A DNA stretch of 63,809 nt, the filler included, from Licmophora abbreviata (Eukaryota), in the NCBI GenBank assembly GCA_900291995.1. It is 11 parts of 11 records of this genome, joined end to end, with 100 filler letters (N's around TTAATTAATTAA, not from the genome) between each part and the next. Parts side by side here need not be neighbours in the genome. Positions count along the whole stretch, not along the records: positions 19,148 to 28,394 come from OLMU01005245.1; positions 28,495 to 30,924 come from OLMU01005251.1; positions 31,025 to 34,130 come from OLMU01005252.1; positions 34,231 to 38,646 come from OLMU01005253.1; 7 more parts are not named here. One strand, given 5' to 3'. Positions 25,443-35,836 of the stretch are shown in pieces. A model generated the notes under the pieces. That model was given only the letters and a program-made list of their open reading frames with translations, made no database searches and had not been told where the DNA came from. Position 1 is the stretch's first letter. Each line of letters begins with the position of its first letter. A program made the translations under genes and the position numbers.

Positions 25443-28082
25443 TCATCGCAGTTTGGAGCGAAGGGTCTCGACCTCGGATTTCGTCTGCTGGATCAAAGTT
25501 CGGCGGCGAGTCTGTTTCTCGCGGAGACGTCGGCTCTCGTTTTCTACCAGTTCTTGGTCAAACTCCGCTCTCTTCTTAGCTCGGATAGTGCTGTGGGGTT
25601 CGTATGCGTGAACGCTGGGTCTTGGTGTTTGAGCATTCGCATGTCGAGTGTTCTCCGAGCCACCTCGTTGTTGACTGAGAAGGTGCAGCCCTCGAAGAGC
25701 AGGGCTCCCTCCTCGCGCAATGATTGGAGTCTTGGTAAGCATACTCGGCAGCGGCCGAGACTGAAACTTTCTTTGTCTGTTTTCTTTAGACTCTTTAGCT
25801 CGACGCTTGTCCTGTAGGGCTCGCTCTTTTGCCATGGAAGCCTGTCGACAAAAACGCAGAGAGGTGTGAGTGAATGGAAACGACATGCAGGAGCGCGGTA
25901 ACTCGGCAACAAGAAAGGCGCATACCTCCTTGCCCGCAAGGAGTCGACTGAAAGGCTCTACATTCGAGTGTTGCTTTGGGTTCGGTCTTGTTGTGGGTTT
26001 CGTCGATCGTTCTGTTGCAGCCATGGACGGTCGACGCAGTACCGGCGTGTGATCAGAAACGGTGCGAGCCGCCTCCTTCGGTCTGCGCTTGAAACCTAAG
26101 AGAGGGAGGGAGGGAACTGTCGGTTGTCTTTTTGGAATTTTCGGTACTCCCGCCTGCCCGCCGTGTCCAGCAGGCCCGTTCGTGCTAGGAAGTGGACGCG
26201 CTTTGAATGACACGTGACTTCCCTTCGCCGCGATGCGCTTACTGGTTGGCTGAGATGAGTGACCCTGGGCACTAGACAATGTCGTTCGTCTCCGTGGTCC
26301 GAGCATGGGAGAAAATGGAGTCGTGGTAGGCTTCTTTTCGACTTTCGGAACCCCGGCTTGGCCACCACATCCAAAGTCACCAGTAGTGCGAGGGGCTGGT
26401 CGGGCCCTGAAAGGCTTGTACGTATCATCGGAGCTCCAAGCCGCACGAGAAGGAGCGCTACCAGTCGAAAGTCGTCGCTCCATTGACTCCGACGGTACCG
26501 CGGCCGTACGTTCGCTAGCCAGTGACAGGAGATGCTGCTTTTCTTTCGCCGCTAACGAATCCCTAGAACGAGTCATCTTTTTTTTACGGCGGTGGGCTGC
26601 ATCTCGGAGAGATTCAGTAAAAGCTCGCGAGGAGTCGTTCAGGTGCTTCTTGGCGCTAGCCAGATCTGGGTACGTCTTCGGCAGGGGAGATCCTCCCAGT
26701 TTGAGGCGCTCGAGGCCATCCAACGATTTCGTCTCGTTCCATGAGCTGACGCTAGCAGAATCGAACGCATCGGGCTCGAATCGTGAGATCACCTCACGCT
26801 CATCCATACATTTCGAGTCCTCGACATCAATGATGGATGTGTCATCTTCCGGAACGATTGGCTCCTCCTCATCAAGAACATTGGAGTGGTCCTCTGCTTT
26901 TCTATCTTCTTCCGGAACGGTTGTCTTCTCCTCATCGGGAACAGTCGACTGATCCTGGTCTTTTCTCTCTTCTTCCGGAACGATTGTCTCCTGATCGAGA
27001 ACATCCGAGTTATCCAGCTCTGCTCTGTCTTCTTCCTGAACAATTGACTTCTCATCATCGAGAATATCCGAGTGATCTTGTTCCGTTCTGTCTTCTTCCA
27101 GCACGATGGACTGCTCCTCGTTGGGGGGATTCGAGTGATCTTGTTCCGTTCTGTCTTCTTCCAGAACGATGGACTGCTCCTCATTGGGGGGATTCGAGTG
27201 GTCTTGCTCTGTCCTGTCTTCTTCCGGCACGATGGACTGCTCCTCATTGGGGGAACTCGCGGTCTCCGTGTCGTTGAGAATCAGCTCTTCTTCGTTACTC
27301 GTTTCGCTGCCAGGATGCGTACGGTAGCTAGCAGTAAGTTCAATATCCTCTTTTGGCCATGTCAAAACCATAGATTGAGCGATTGCAATCTCCCTTCCAT
27401 TGGCGTTCGTCTGAAAGTCAAGCGACTTTCCCGTTGGGCCTGTCCTGTGTTCCACCAATCGCAAACTGTGCTCGGCCTCGTCGCTCCCTCTCTTCGGCAT
27501 GATTGGGCTCAGAAATGTGACAGCTTCTCCTAGAATAGGGTCATTCACAGTATTCATGTCTCTCTCTGATAAGCAATTCAGAGAATCGTCCAGGTCTACG
27601 GTGTTCCAACAATCGAAGCTCCGACGACGCGATTGTTCCATGACGAGTAGTTCAATGGGTGACTCCTGGACTGGCGCCTTGACATCATTGATAGGCGTCT
27701 CTCTCTTTCCTTCGACATCCGGCGCTTTCCGATCGATAACGTCTGAGGTCGATGACTGGCCTTTGTCTGGTGTGTCAGCTTCCATTTGCTCTTTCTCGTG
27801 ATAGCTCTCATTCGAGCTGAGACCGAGCGACGGAGATTGTGAAGTATCAAGTTGCAGCGTCTCAGACTGTTTTGGGGCAATGAGATGCGTTCCCTCTCCA
27901 GGCGTGTCACGTACGTACTGCAGAAGTTGTTGTCCTTCTCCTTCATATCCGCCTGGAAGGTGTTCACATGACAAGGACAAGGAGGCCTCTCCTTCGGTAC
28001 CTTCCGATGGGTGTTGAGGAATCATCGACGATAGCTGCCGATCAGTGACAGCACCGTAGTCAATCATCTCGCTCCCACTCAT
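25443..28082 (-). CDS. TPX2-like microtubule-associated protein with an acidic repeat region; likely in-frame intron at 25842-25925
   Basis: Repeated F(K/R)ARP motifs (PFRARPAP...GVPKVEKKPTTTPFSP; FKARPLP; FQSRPLP) and a TPX2-type C-terminus HSTIRAKKRAEFD...EVETLRSKL. Confidence 0.7.
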   Translation of the reverse strand: MSGSEMIDYGAVTDRQLSSMIPQHPSEGTEGEASLSLSCEHLPGGYEGEGQQLLQYVRDTPGEGTHLIAPKQSETLQLDTSQSPSLGLSSNESYHEKEQMEADTPDKGQSSTSDVIDRKAPDVEGKRETPINDVKAPVQESPIELLVMEQSRRRSFDCWNTVDLDDSLNCLSERDMNTVNDPILGEAVTFLSPIMPKRGSDEAEHSLRLVEHRTGPTGKSLDFQTNANGREIAIAQSMVLTWPKEDIELTASYRTHPGSETSNEEELILNDTETASSPNEEQSIVPEEDRTEQDHSNPPNEEQSIVLEEDRTEQDHSNPPNEEQSIVLEEDRTEQDHSDILDDEKSIVQEEDRAELDNSDVLDQETIVPEEERKDQDQSTVPDEEKTTVPEEDRKAEDHSNVLDEEEPIVPEDDTSIIDVEDSKCMDEREVISRFEPDAFDSASVSSWNETKSLDGLERLKLGGSPLPKTYPDLASAKKHLNDSSRAFTESLRDAAHRRKKKMTRSRDSLAAKEKQHLLSLASERTAAVPSESMERRLSTGSAPSRAAWSSDDTYKPFRARPAPRTTGDFGCGGQAGVPKVEKKPTTTPFSPMLGPRRRTTLSSAQGHSSQPTSKRIAAKGSHVSFKARPLPSTNGPAGHGGQAGVPKIPKRQPTVPSLPLLGFKRRPKEAARTVSDHTPVLRRPSMAATERSTKPTTRPNPKQHSNVEPFSRLLAGKEVCAFLVAELPRSCMSFPFTHTSLRFCRQASMAKERALQDKRRAKESKENRQRKFQSRPLPSMLTKTPIIARGGSPALRGLHLLSQQRGGSENTRHANAQTPRPSVHAYEPHSTIRAKKRAEFDQELVENESRRLREKQTRRRTLIQQTKSEVETLRSKLR
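26843..27252 (-). repeat. Coding tandem repeat, 63-bp (21-aa) unit, about 6.5 copies
   Basis: PNEEQSIV(P/L)EEDRTEQDHSNP occurs three times near-identically, followed by increasingly diverged copies. Confidence 0.9.
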
Positions 28083-28394
28083 GACCTCGTCACACGTAAG
28101 ACACCACCGCTTCGTCTATCTCCAAATTAAGATTCAAGGTCTGCCGCGTGGGATAATCTCATTGTTGTGATTTCCGTCATGAGCTCCTTCGTGTGTTGCA
28201 GCCAAACTTTTGAATCGCAAACGAACACCTTGAATGCGTAGCTTCTACGGAAGACAATACTGATATTATGCGTATTCAGCTATGAGGCTTGGCTATCGTA
28301 CACCGACAGACTGGCGACGGACAGATTTGAGATTCTTTTGTCGGGAGACGGTGACGTCTTGACGTCCGTACGTCATCGCACCGAGCACTAAAAA

Positions 28395-28494
28395 NNNNNN
28401 NNNNNNNNNNNNNNNNNNNNNNNNNNNNNNNNNNNNNNTTAATTAATTAANNNNNNNNNNNNNNNNNNNNNNNNNNNNNNNNNNNNNNNNNNNN
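28395..28494. other. Artificial contig spacer
   Basis: N44-TTAATTAATTAA-N44. Confidence 0.99.
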
Positions 28495-28734
28495 TCTACC
28501 AGAAGGAGGTCTGCTGGGAGGATGCCTTACTCTAATATTTTACAGCTGTATTTACAAAATTCATACTGATAACTACTTCCCATCTTGTAAAGGATAACAA
28601 GCCTAAGTAACTCTCGTTGTGCAAGCGACAAGGGTGAGTTGCGCAGGAGCAGGTGTGTGAGGTTGTTGTTGATGGAGTAGTTAAACCATCATTCAGGCTA
28701 GTTTGGGATGCAATTTCTGTCATTGCCGTGCTGC

Positions 28735-30678
28735 TCAAGACGTTCGACCGCGAGGACCGACTTCTGGAGCCGCTTGACCATCTTCAAATACGTGGTTCGC
28801 GACAACCTGCCGAAGAAGCTCACGACATGGAATGACCGCACCTAGCTTGATGCACAGCATATATGCACCCGCGAGCTTTCGATGCAAAGTGTACACTTCT
28901 TCTGGTGGGGGGCTTTTTTGTTCAAGAGAGATAGCAAAAAATTGAAAGTCAGATCGTCATCAGCAAGAGCGTCGTCGCGATAACGAAATAGGACTCACGT
29001 GAGGCGGTGTTCCAGAAAGGCCGAACCATGAGCAGAAAGGCGCGAACTGAGCTGTGAACCTCGAAAGTCAAACGGCTCGTCATTCCAAAAGGGCTCACCC
29101 ACTGTAAAACCACTCATCTTGTGAGCCTCCAGCATGATTTCATTCTCTTTACCCGTCAAGAAGTTCATCTCGTAAGACTTTGTCATTAACGTTTCTTCGT
29201 CCCGATTGGCATTGGCACATACGATTCGAAGATAGCCGTCCACAAAGGATTTGGAGAACTCACGAGTAGCGCCAAAGTCAACCAGAGACGTCGTTCGGGT
29301 GGTTTCATCGTATAGAAAGTTTCCCCAATTCGGATCCGTCTGCATGACTCGCCAGTTGAAGAGTTCCTGCATGGTAAGGTAGAGAAGGTTGTAAGCGATT
29401 CGATTTCGCTCGTCCTGGTCGAGATGAGCGACCTTGTCAATGGTTCCGCCAGGAGCGTACTTGGCAGTCAAGACTTGCTCCGTTGTTAGACTGCTGAAAA
29501 CGGTCGGCACTCGAACACGTTGTTCGCTCAACAGCGGGTCCGATGCCACGAGACGTTGGAACGTCTGTTGATTCTTCATTTCCCGAATATAGTCGCACTC
29601 CACCTTGAGCTCATCACGGCCGACCCGAATGACATTTTCGATAAACAAACCCTTCGGTGCTAAGCCCGTCATGGTGACGAGCATTTGTAGGTTGCGCAGG
29701 TCGGATTCAATCGAGTCTGCGACTCCTGGGTACTGGACCTTCATGACGACATCGTGTAAAATTCCATCCTCGTCTTTTACTCTCGCTCGATGAACTTGTC
29801 CAATGGAAGCTGCTGCAAAGGGGAGATCCTCGAAATATTCAAATCTGTCTCTCCAGTCCCTTCCAAGCTGCGATTCGAGCTGCCGCACCAGCTGGTATTT
29901 GGGCATGGCTTCTGCACCCTGGCGTACTTGCTCGAGCGCCCGCGCCAATGCCGGTGGAAGTAAGGTTTCATCCTGAATACTGAGCATCTGTCCCATTTTC
30001 AGTGCAGCTCCACGCATACGACACAAGGTTGCTGCGAGTCGATCGGCATTGGCGTCGGTCGCAGCGACCGATGAGTTTCCGTCGGACATGCCAAAGATCC
30101 GAGACGTGAATTCTGATGCCGTGCCCAAGGCCAGTCGAGCTCCCAATGAGGCAAATCCAGCGGCACGTCCTACCCGAGAAGCGGGCACGCGTCGCCCCTC
30201 TTTCATCAGTCTATCATGTCCAGCAGGAGTGCTCGTATCGCTACTGACGGGCATCGAGTCGGACGCAGGCGGTGTTATTCGGTTCGCATCAGTGGAGAGA
30301 AATGATGGCTTTGCCGTAGGCACTTCCGGGGGGAGCACTGCTGCTGCGTCCGGTGCTTTCACTTCCTCTGACTGGCTTGTGCCAGTCGACTCACTGCTTG
30401 TACCGGGTGATGGTTGATGTCCGTCTTGCACCTCCCGTACCTCCTGCTCACGTGTTGGCGCCATGCGACTCGTCTCTCTCGCCGAGGAGTGGCCCGCCGG
30501 AAAGACCCAAATCGGTTGAGTTTACTGTCGTATGAACCACTTGCCTCACGTTCCCTGCAACATCAGCCCCGTGATGCTGCACTCTCTTGGCCAGTACCGA
30601 GCTCTCCTCTGCCGCCTGCGTCGCGGCTGCCGATGCCACCATGCGGAGGCCAGCGGCCACTCGAACCCACCCGGACAT
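28735..30678 (-). CDS. COQ8: COQ8/ABC1 (ADCK3/4) atypical kinase. Intron 28913-28998; the 5' part (30678 ORF) is out of frame by 1 nt.
   Basis: [77 protein letters not shown]. The last exon gives [24 protein letters not shown]. Confidence 0.92.
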
Positions 30679-30924
30679 AAATTGATGCTATTCGTTTCGT
30701 CTTACACTGTTCTCAAACGTCAATTATTCTTGATACTCATCATCCTCTTCCTCCTCTTCCGGCACGGCTGTCTCATTCGTGCTGTTCCATTCCGCTCGTA
30801 GTCAGGCATTCCTGAAACAGCAACGCGGCGACGCAAATGCGGCGGTGATTGTGAGTCAGTGATCGTGATCGATCCAGTCCGCCGTGTGTGGGCTGCGGCG
30901 CGCGCTAAATTTCTCGCATGTTTC

Positions 30925-31024
30925 NNNNNNNNNNNNNNNNNNNNNNNNNNNNNNNNNNNNNNNNNNNNTTAATTAATTAANNNNNNNNNNNNNNNNNNNN
31001 NNNNNNNNNNNNNNNNNNNNNNNN
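30925..31024. other. Artificial contig spacer
   Basis: N44-TTAATTAATTAA-N44. Confidence 0.99.
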
Positions 31025-31177
31025 TCCTCCTCTTCGTCACGAGATCGGCGGTGGTGCAACAGAAGTTCGTCAACAGATAGTACTCCGGAGTAGAGAGCAG
31101 CCAACAACGGCTCTTGACTGTGTCTGCAGCATTTCAAGAGCGCAGATAGACTATATACTAGGCCGCAGTGCTGATCC

Positions 31178-32260
31178 ATGCGACGCTCGTTGCTGGGGAG
31201 AATCGTAAAAGCGTCCAGTACGGCTCTTCTTTCGCTACGACAAAGCAACAGCACAACCAATTCTAGAATCACGCGTGGAGTAGTGTCTCTTCGGCCCGCT
31301 GTGGAACGTCTGAGAGCAGGAGATCTGTCTGTGTCTTCCTCATCCATCCTACGCACCATGTCTTCCGAGGAAAAGAAGGACGAGGCGGATATTTGGGGAG
31401 GCGAGGACAAGGAGGCCTTCGAGTCGCTGTCGCATCCAGGCTACAGCATCGAGTCTGACCCCGACACACATACCGGTGGTTGGCTTGCCCACCGTGCCGC
31501 ATTGGAACCAGTCGATGGAGTCGCTCCCGCCTGTTGGGTCCGCGACGACGTCTCAGAAGTCATTACCCGATACAACTACAGCTCCATGTCCATTGGAAGA
31601 GCTCCTCGTATCCTCGTACTCTACGGCTCGTTACGACCCACATCCTTCAGTCGCAAGCTGGCATATGAGTTTGGGCGTCTATTAGAGACCCTTGGGTGTG
31701 ATGTACGAGTATACAATCCTCGGGGACTGCCGGTTCGAGATCCAGCTCTGGAAAAGGAGGTCAAAGTCCGGGAACTCCGAGCTCTCACCCTCTGGTCTGA
31801 CGGTCACTGCTGGGTCTCTCCAGAAATGCATGGCACTGTGACGGGAACCTTCAAAAATCAGATCGACTGGATCCCACTCAACACTGGCTCCGTTCGACCC
31901 ACACAGGGCCGCACCTGTCTCGTTGCCCAAGTCAATGGAGGTTCTCAATCCTTCAATGCCGTCAATTACCTTCGCATCCTCGCTCGTTGGATGCGCATGC
32001 CCTGCTGCACGAACCAAAGCGCCGTGGCCAAGGCCTGGCAAGAGTTTGATGAGGGTGGACGCATGAAGGAATCTAGTTTCCGCGATCGCGTCGTGGACTG
32101 TGCTGAGGAGTTTGCCAAATTCACTGCCATTATGACGCCCGTCTCGGATGACCTGACGAATAGATACAGCGAACGCAAAGAAAAGCTTGCAGAAGGACGA
32201 CTCTTGACTCAGGCAGAAAAGGAACAGCGCAAGACAGTACAAGAATCCAGGAAGGGGTAA
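31178..32260 (+). CDS. arsH: ArsH-type NADPH-dependent FMN reductase / organoarsenical oxidase with an N-terminal presequence
   Basis: [75 protein letters not shown]...[24 protein letters not shown]: these are ArsH hallmark segments. No introns. Confidence 0.93.
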   Translation: MRRSLLGRIVKASSTALLSLRQSNSTTNSRITRGVVSLRPAVERLRAGDLSVSSSSILRTMSSEEKKDEADIWGGEDKEAFESLSHPGYSIESDPDTHTGGWLAHRAALEPVDGVAPACWVRDDVSEVITRYNYSSMSIGRAPRILVLYGSLRPTSFSRKLAYEFGRLLETLGCDVRVYNPRGLPVRDPALEKEVKVRELRALTLWSDGHCWVSPEMHGTVTGTFKNQIDWIPLNTGSVRPTQGRTCLVAQVNGGSQSFNAVNYLRILARWMRMPCCTNQSAVAKAWQEFDEGGRMKESSFRDRVVDCAEEFAKFTAIMTPVSDDLTNRYSERKEKLAEGRLLTQAEKEQRKTVQESRKG

Positions 32261-32304
32261 TGATTATATTTTAGTAGAAACTATCTCACAACAAACAAGA
32301 AATA

Positions 32305-33988
32305 CTATCTTCGGCCACTGCCATTGCTAATCACGTCCCTCCAGTTGGTAGTCGACGGTGACACAAATGGTGTCGTTGGGAAAAATGGAGTTCCGGTGGC
32401 AGAATTGACGCCCGCACTGCCGGGGGTGTGAGAGGAGCTCGCGCCTGCAGTGTCGTCGCTAGCACTCACGGAAGATTCTCGTGGATCCGGAAAGAGCAAT
32501 TTATAGGACGTGTGCGCGAGCCATATCCATAGAATTGTCCACACCAGCGGCATGAAGAGCAAGAGTAGAAACGGAACAGCACATGGCACAAGCAGCAGAC
32601 GGAACAAAGCCAGTAAGGAGTTCTCCATCGAATGATGGCGGGAATCGAACACACGGTGCCTGCAAAAGCCTCGATTGTCGATTGGAAAGGACTGGTGCCG
32701 TGAAAAATGACTTAGAAGCCGATCCTTGTCGGCCCACTGCTTGTCCAACCAGTTACTATCTTGCAAAACTTCTTCCATACTGTACCGCTTGATGCGGATG
32801 TGGATCTCCGAGGGAATCTTTCGGCGTAATAGCATCCATAGCGTGGGTAGCGAGAGATCCAGTGAGGGGTGCAACGATCCATCGTACCCTCGGTAAGCCT
32901 GTAGCAGATCATAATGCATGAGATGGCACAATCACAAAACAGAAATACTTCCTCAACTCCTCCCCACGTACCACAGTCACGTCGTATACAATCGGGCTGG
33001 ACTCTCGCAAATGCTCCAGACAGGCGTTGAACCCAGTCGTCCGAGGCAAGAGAAGATGCTTGAGTTGTGGTCTTCCTTCCCGCTTTGCAAACTCGTTGCT
33101 CTTGGCCAGAACGGCCTTTCGGTCCTTGAGGGACTTGTCGCGAACTGACCATCCCTCTGGGTACAACAAGAGATGAACCGGGGCGTCAGCGCCATTGTTT
33201 TGAGCGAAAGATCGTAGCAAGGCAAATAGCTCTTCTCTGTCTGACACGTAGTCTTTGTTGTTTTCAGAACTCAGTACCGGAAACTCGAGTAGGAAGTGCA
33301 ACAGCTTGCCAGCTAGCGACATCTGGGGAGAGCTGCCCGCAACGTCGGTCCGGGATGCACTGCCGTTGCTTCTTACAAAGGTAACTCGTTTCGAATCGGC
33401 AGCAATATCTGTAGCACTGTTTCCAGGCACCAGGTGATCTTCTACTCTGTGACTGCTAATCTGAAGCAGTTCCTTCCGTAAAAATACCTTGATACTGCCC
33501 CGCAGACCGATACACCGACCGAGCATGAGCATGGGCCACCAATCGCCGTCGTTGAGATGGTTGCAGACCAGCAGGCTTGTTCCCACAGGAGACGGTACAT
33601 CTGAATCACCAGTTAGGTAGAGTCGCATGTTGGGTAATAGCAGCGCCATGACATCGAGAAAGGCCCCTGCACCAAGCTGCGCCGCCAATCTTCGATAGGC
33701 CGACGTCGAAAAGGGTCGGACCGTCACGTACAAGAGCGAAAGGATCGTGGTCGCCCCGAACATACAAACAAGGGCAGCAAAGCCGAACACTATGCTTATG
33801 AGCGAATCAAAAGGACTGCCCTCACACCCCGATCCATCGGTCTCGGAATGCAGTTCATTCTCCCCCGACAGTTGTGGAAATGAGCGGCTGGCGCCACCAT
33901 TAAGAGGCTGCTGCGGTCGTCCACTGAGATTGTCGAGCGACGGATGATTCGCTCCGCGCCTCTGGCTACTCCTCGATAGAAAGCTCAT
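32305..33988 (-). CDS. Lysophospholipid acyltransferase (AGPAT/LCLAT, PlsC family); intron 32899-32971
   Basis: NHxxxxD motif (CNHLNDGDW), LLYPEG, HLLLPRTTGF and VYDVTV|AY, with TM segments at both ends. Confidence 0.88.
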
Positions 33989-34130
33989 TCTGAAAGCGCC
34001 AGGAGCTCCGTGTGGCCCGAGCGAGGAACAAGGTGCGAATGCAAGTGATGTCAAGGCTCTGTCGACGCCCTCCAAGTTATTGAACGTCCAACGTTCTCTC
34101 TTCGTATTCCTCGCGAAGCGAATGCAACCT

Positions 34131-34230
34131 NNNNNNNNNNNNNNNNNNNNNNNNNNNNNNNNNNNNNNNNNNNNTTAATTAATTAANNNNNNNNNNNNNN
34201 NNNNNNNNNNNNNNNNNNNNNNNNNNNNNN
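34131..34230. other. Artificial contig spacer; the flanks overlap by 15 bp
   Basis: aagcgaatgcaacct is present at both 34116-34130 and 34231-34245. Confidence 0.97.
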
Positions 34231-34601
34231 AAGCGAATGCAACCTTTTCGCTACGGACAGCGCGTCATGATCTGCTCTTAGAAATTTTGATGTCTTCCGA
34301 ATGTCGCAGAAGTACAGTCTGTGCGAGTGCAAAGCGACTGTGACTGCGCATACATTCAACTCGATCTCTTCTTCACGAATCCTCGTATCCTAGACTGTGA
34401 CACAATGGTTGCAATCCCCGAAGGAACTCTGAAAGCAAACCCTCAACAGCCTATTGCAAGGAGGCTGAGAAAGACGGAGCTCAACTTATAGTATTTGCCG
34501 TGTCCATCCTTTTACTAGCTAGAGTGCCGGTACGCCGCCGCAGCCGACGACTACTAAATCCCATATCCACATTTGCGTTCGTCAAGGCAGAGGCCAGATC
34601 G

Positions 34602-35385
34602 TCACTCCAAATACTTATTAACTCCCGCTCGGAGAGAATCAATAACACTTTGACGGTCGTCAGAGCCGAAAATAGCACTGGCTGCGACAACGACGTTCGC
34701 CCCGGCTTTGGCCGCTTCATCAATAGTCGACGGACTCAAGCCCCCATCCACTTGAACGTTGAGATTGGGATATTTCTCCCTCAATTTCTCTACTTTTGGC
34801 ATCATGGTCGGCATAAACTTCTGTCCCGAAAAGCCAGGTTCCACTGTCATGATGAGTACCAGGTCCAAGTCGGGAATGAATTCATACAGTGACTCGACCG
34901 ACGTGGCCGGTTTGATCACCATGCCGACATTCATACCGGCATCTCGAATTCTTCGAATCATTTCTCTTGCTCCACCCTCGGGCAAGTCACTCTCCAAATG
35001 AAATGTAAGTGAGCTCGCTCCTGCCTTTTTCATGGGTCCAATCCACTTGGCCGGCTCTGATACCATGAGGTGACAATCGATAAACGCCTGCTTGTTTCAC
35101 CCGAACGCCAAAATTGTGATTAGAGGTAAGCTTCTCCGAACAATATACATGCTCACCCTCCCATACGATACTCCCAGCTACTGCACTTACTGCTGGTAGA
35201 GACTTGCGCAAGCTGGCAATGATGGGTGGACCAAACGAAAGATTCGGGACAAAGTGGCCATCCATGATGTCCATGTGAAGCCAGTCGGCACCCATGTCAA
35301 GCATTTGCTGTGCATCGTCGGCTAAATGAGCCAGGTCGCACGACAACAGGGACGGAGCAATAATCGGTGCACAGTTGTGCTTCAT
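34602..35385 (-). CDS. RPE: Ribulose-phosphate 3-epimerase (cytosolic type); intron 35088-35190
   Basis: IIAPSLLSCD, WLHMDIMDGHFVPNLSFG, DCHLMV, LIMTVEPGFSGQKFM, QVDGGL. Confidence 0.96.
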
Positions 35386-35836
35386 CGTGTCAGGAGTCTA
35401 CTGTCTTGTGCAATGCAGGAGAAGACGAGGAGATCAACTCGCGGGATGCTTGATGCTTGTGGTCGGTGGTCGTCCTAGACTGACTCGACTCACTCACTCG
35501 TTTTCAAGTTCGCGTCTTTCCTGCGCGTAGAAAATCCACGTGTACATGTAGTTAGAGTCTGTCATCTGGTCGTCCAAAACGTCGAATGAATCTTGTTGCA
35601 ATGCCTGTCGACGAATAATAAGGAGCATGGTTCGTAGTAGACTACTCGTACCGGGGAAGTCAATTACGGCGTATCTTCGAGAGCTAGAAGCAGCACGTTC
35701 TATTCTTTACAGTTAGAAGACCGCTCTGGAAGTTCAATAACAAGTTGAAAGTCGATCGAAACCCCCGTTCGAAATGCCCAAAGGCTGCCAAAATGAAATA
35801 CTGATCAAACGGGACTTCTCACCCTCTCAGAGTAAT

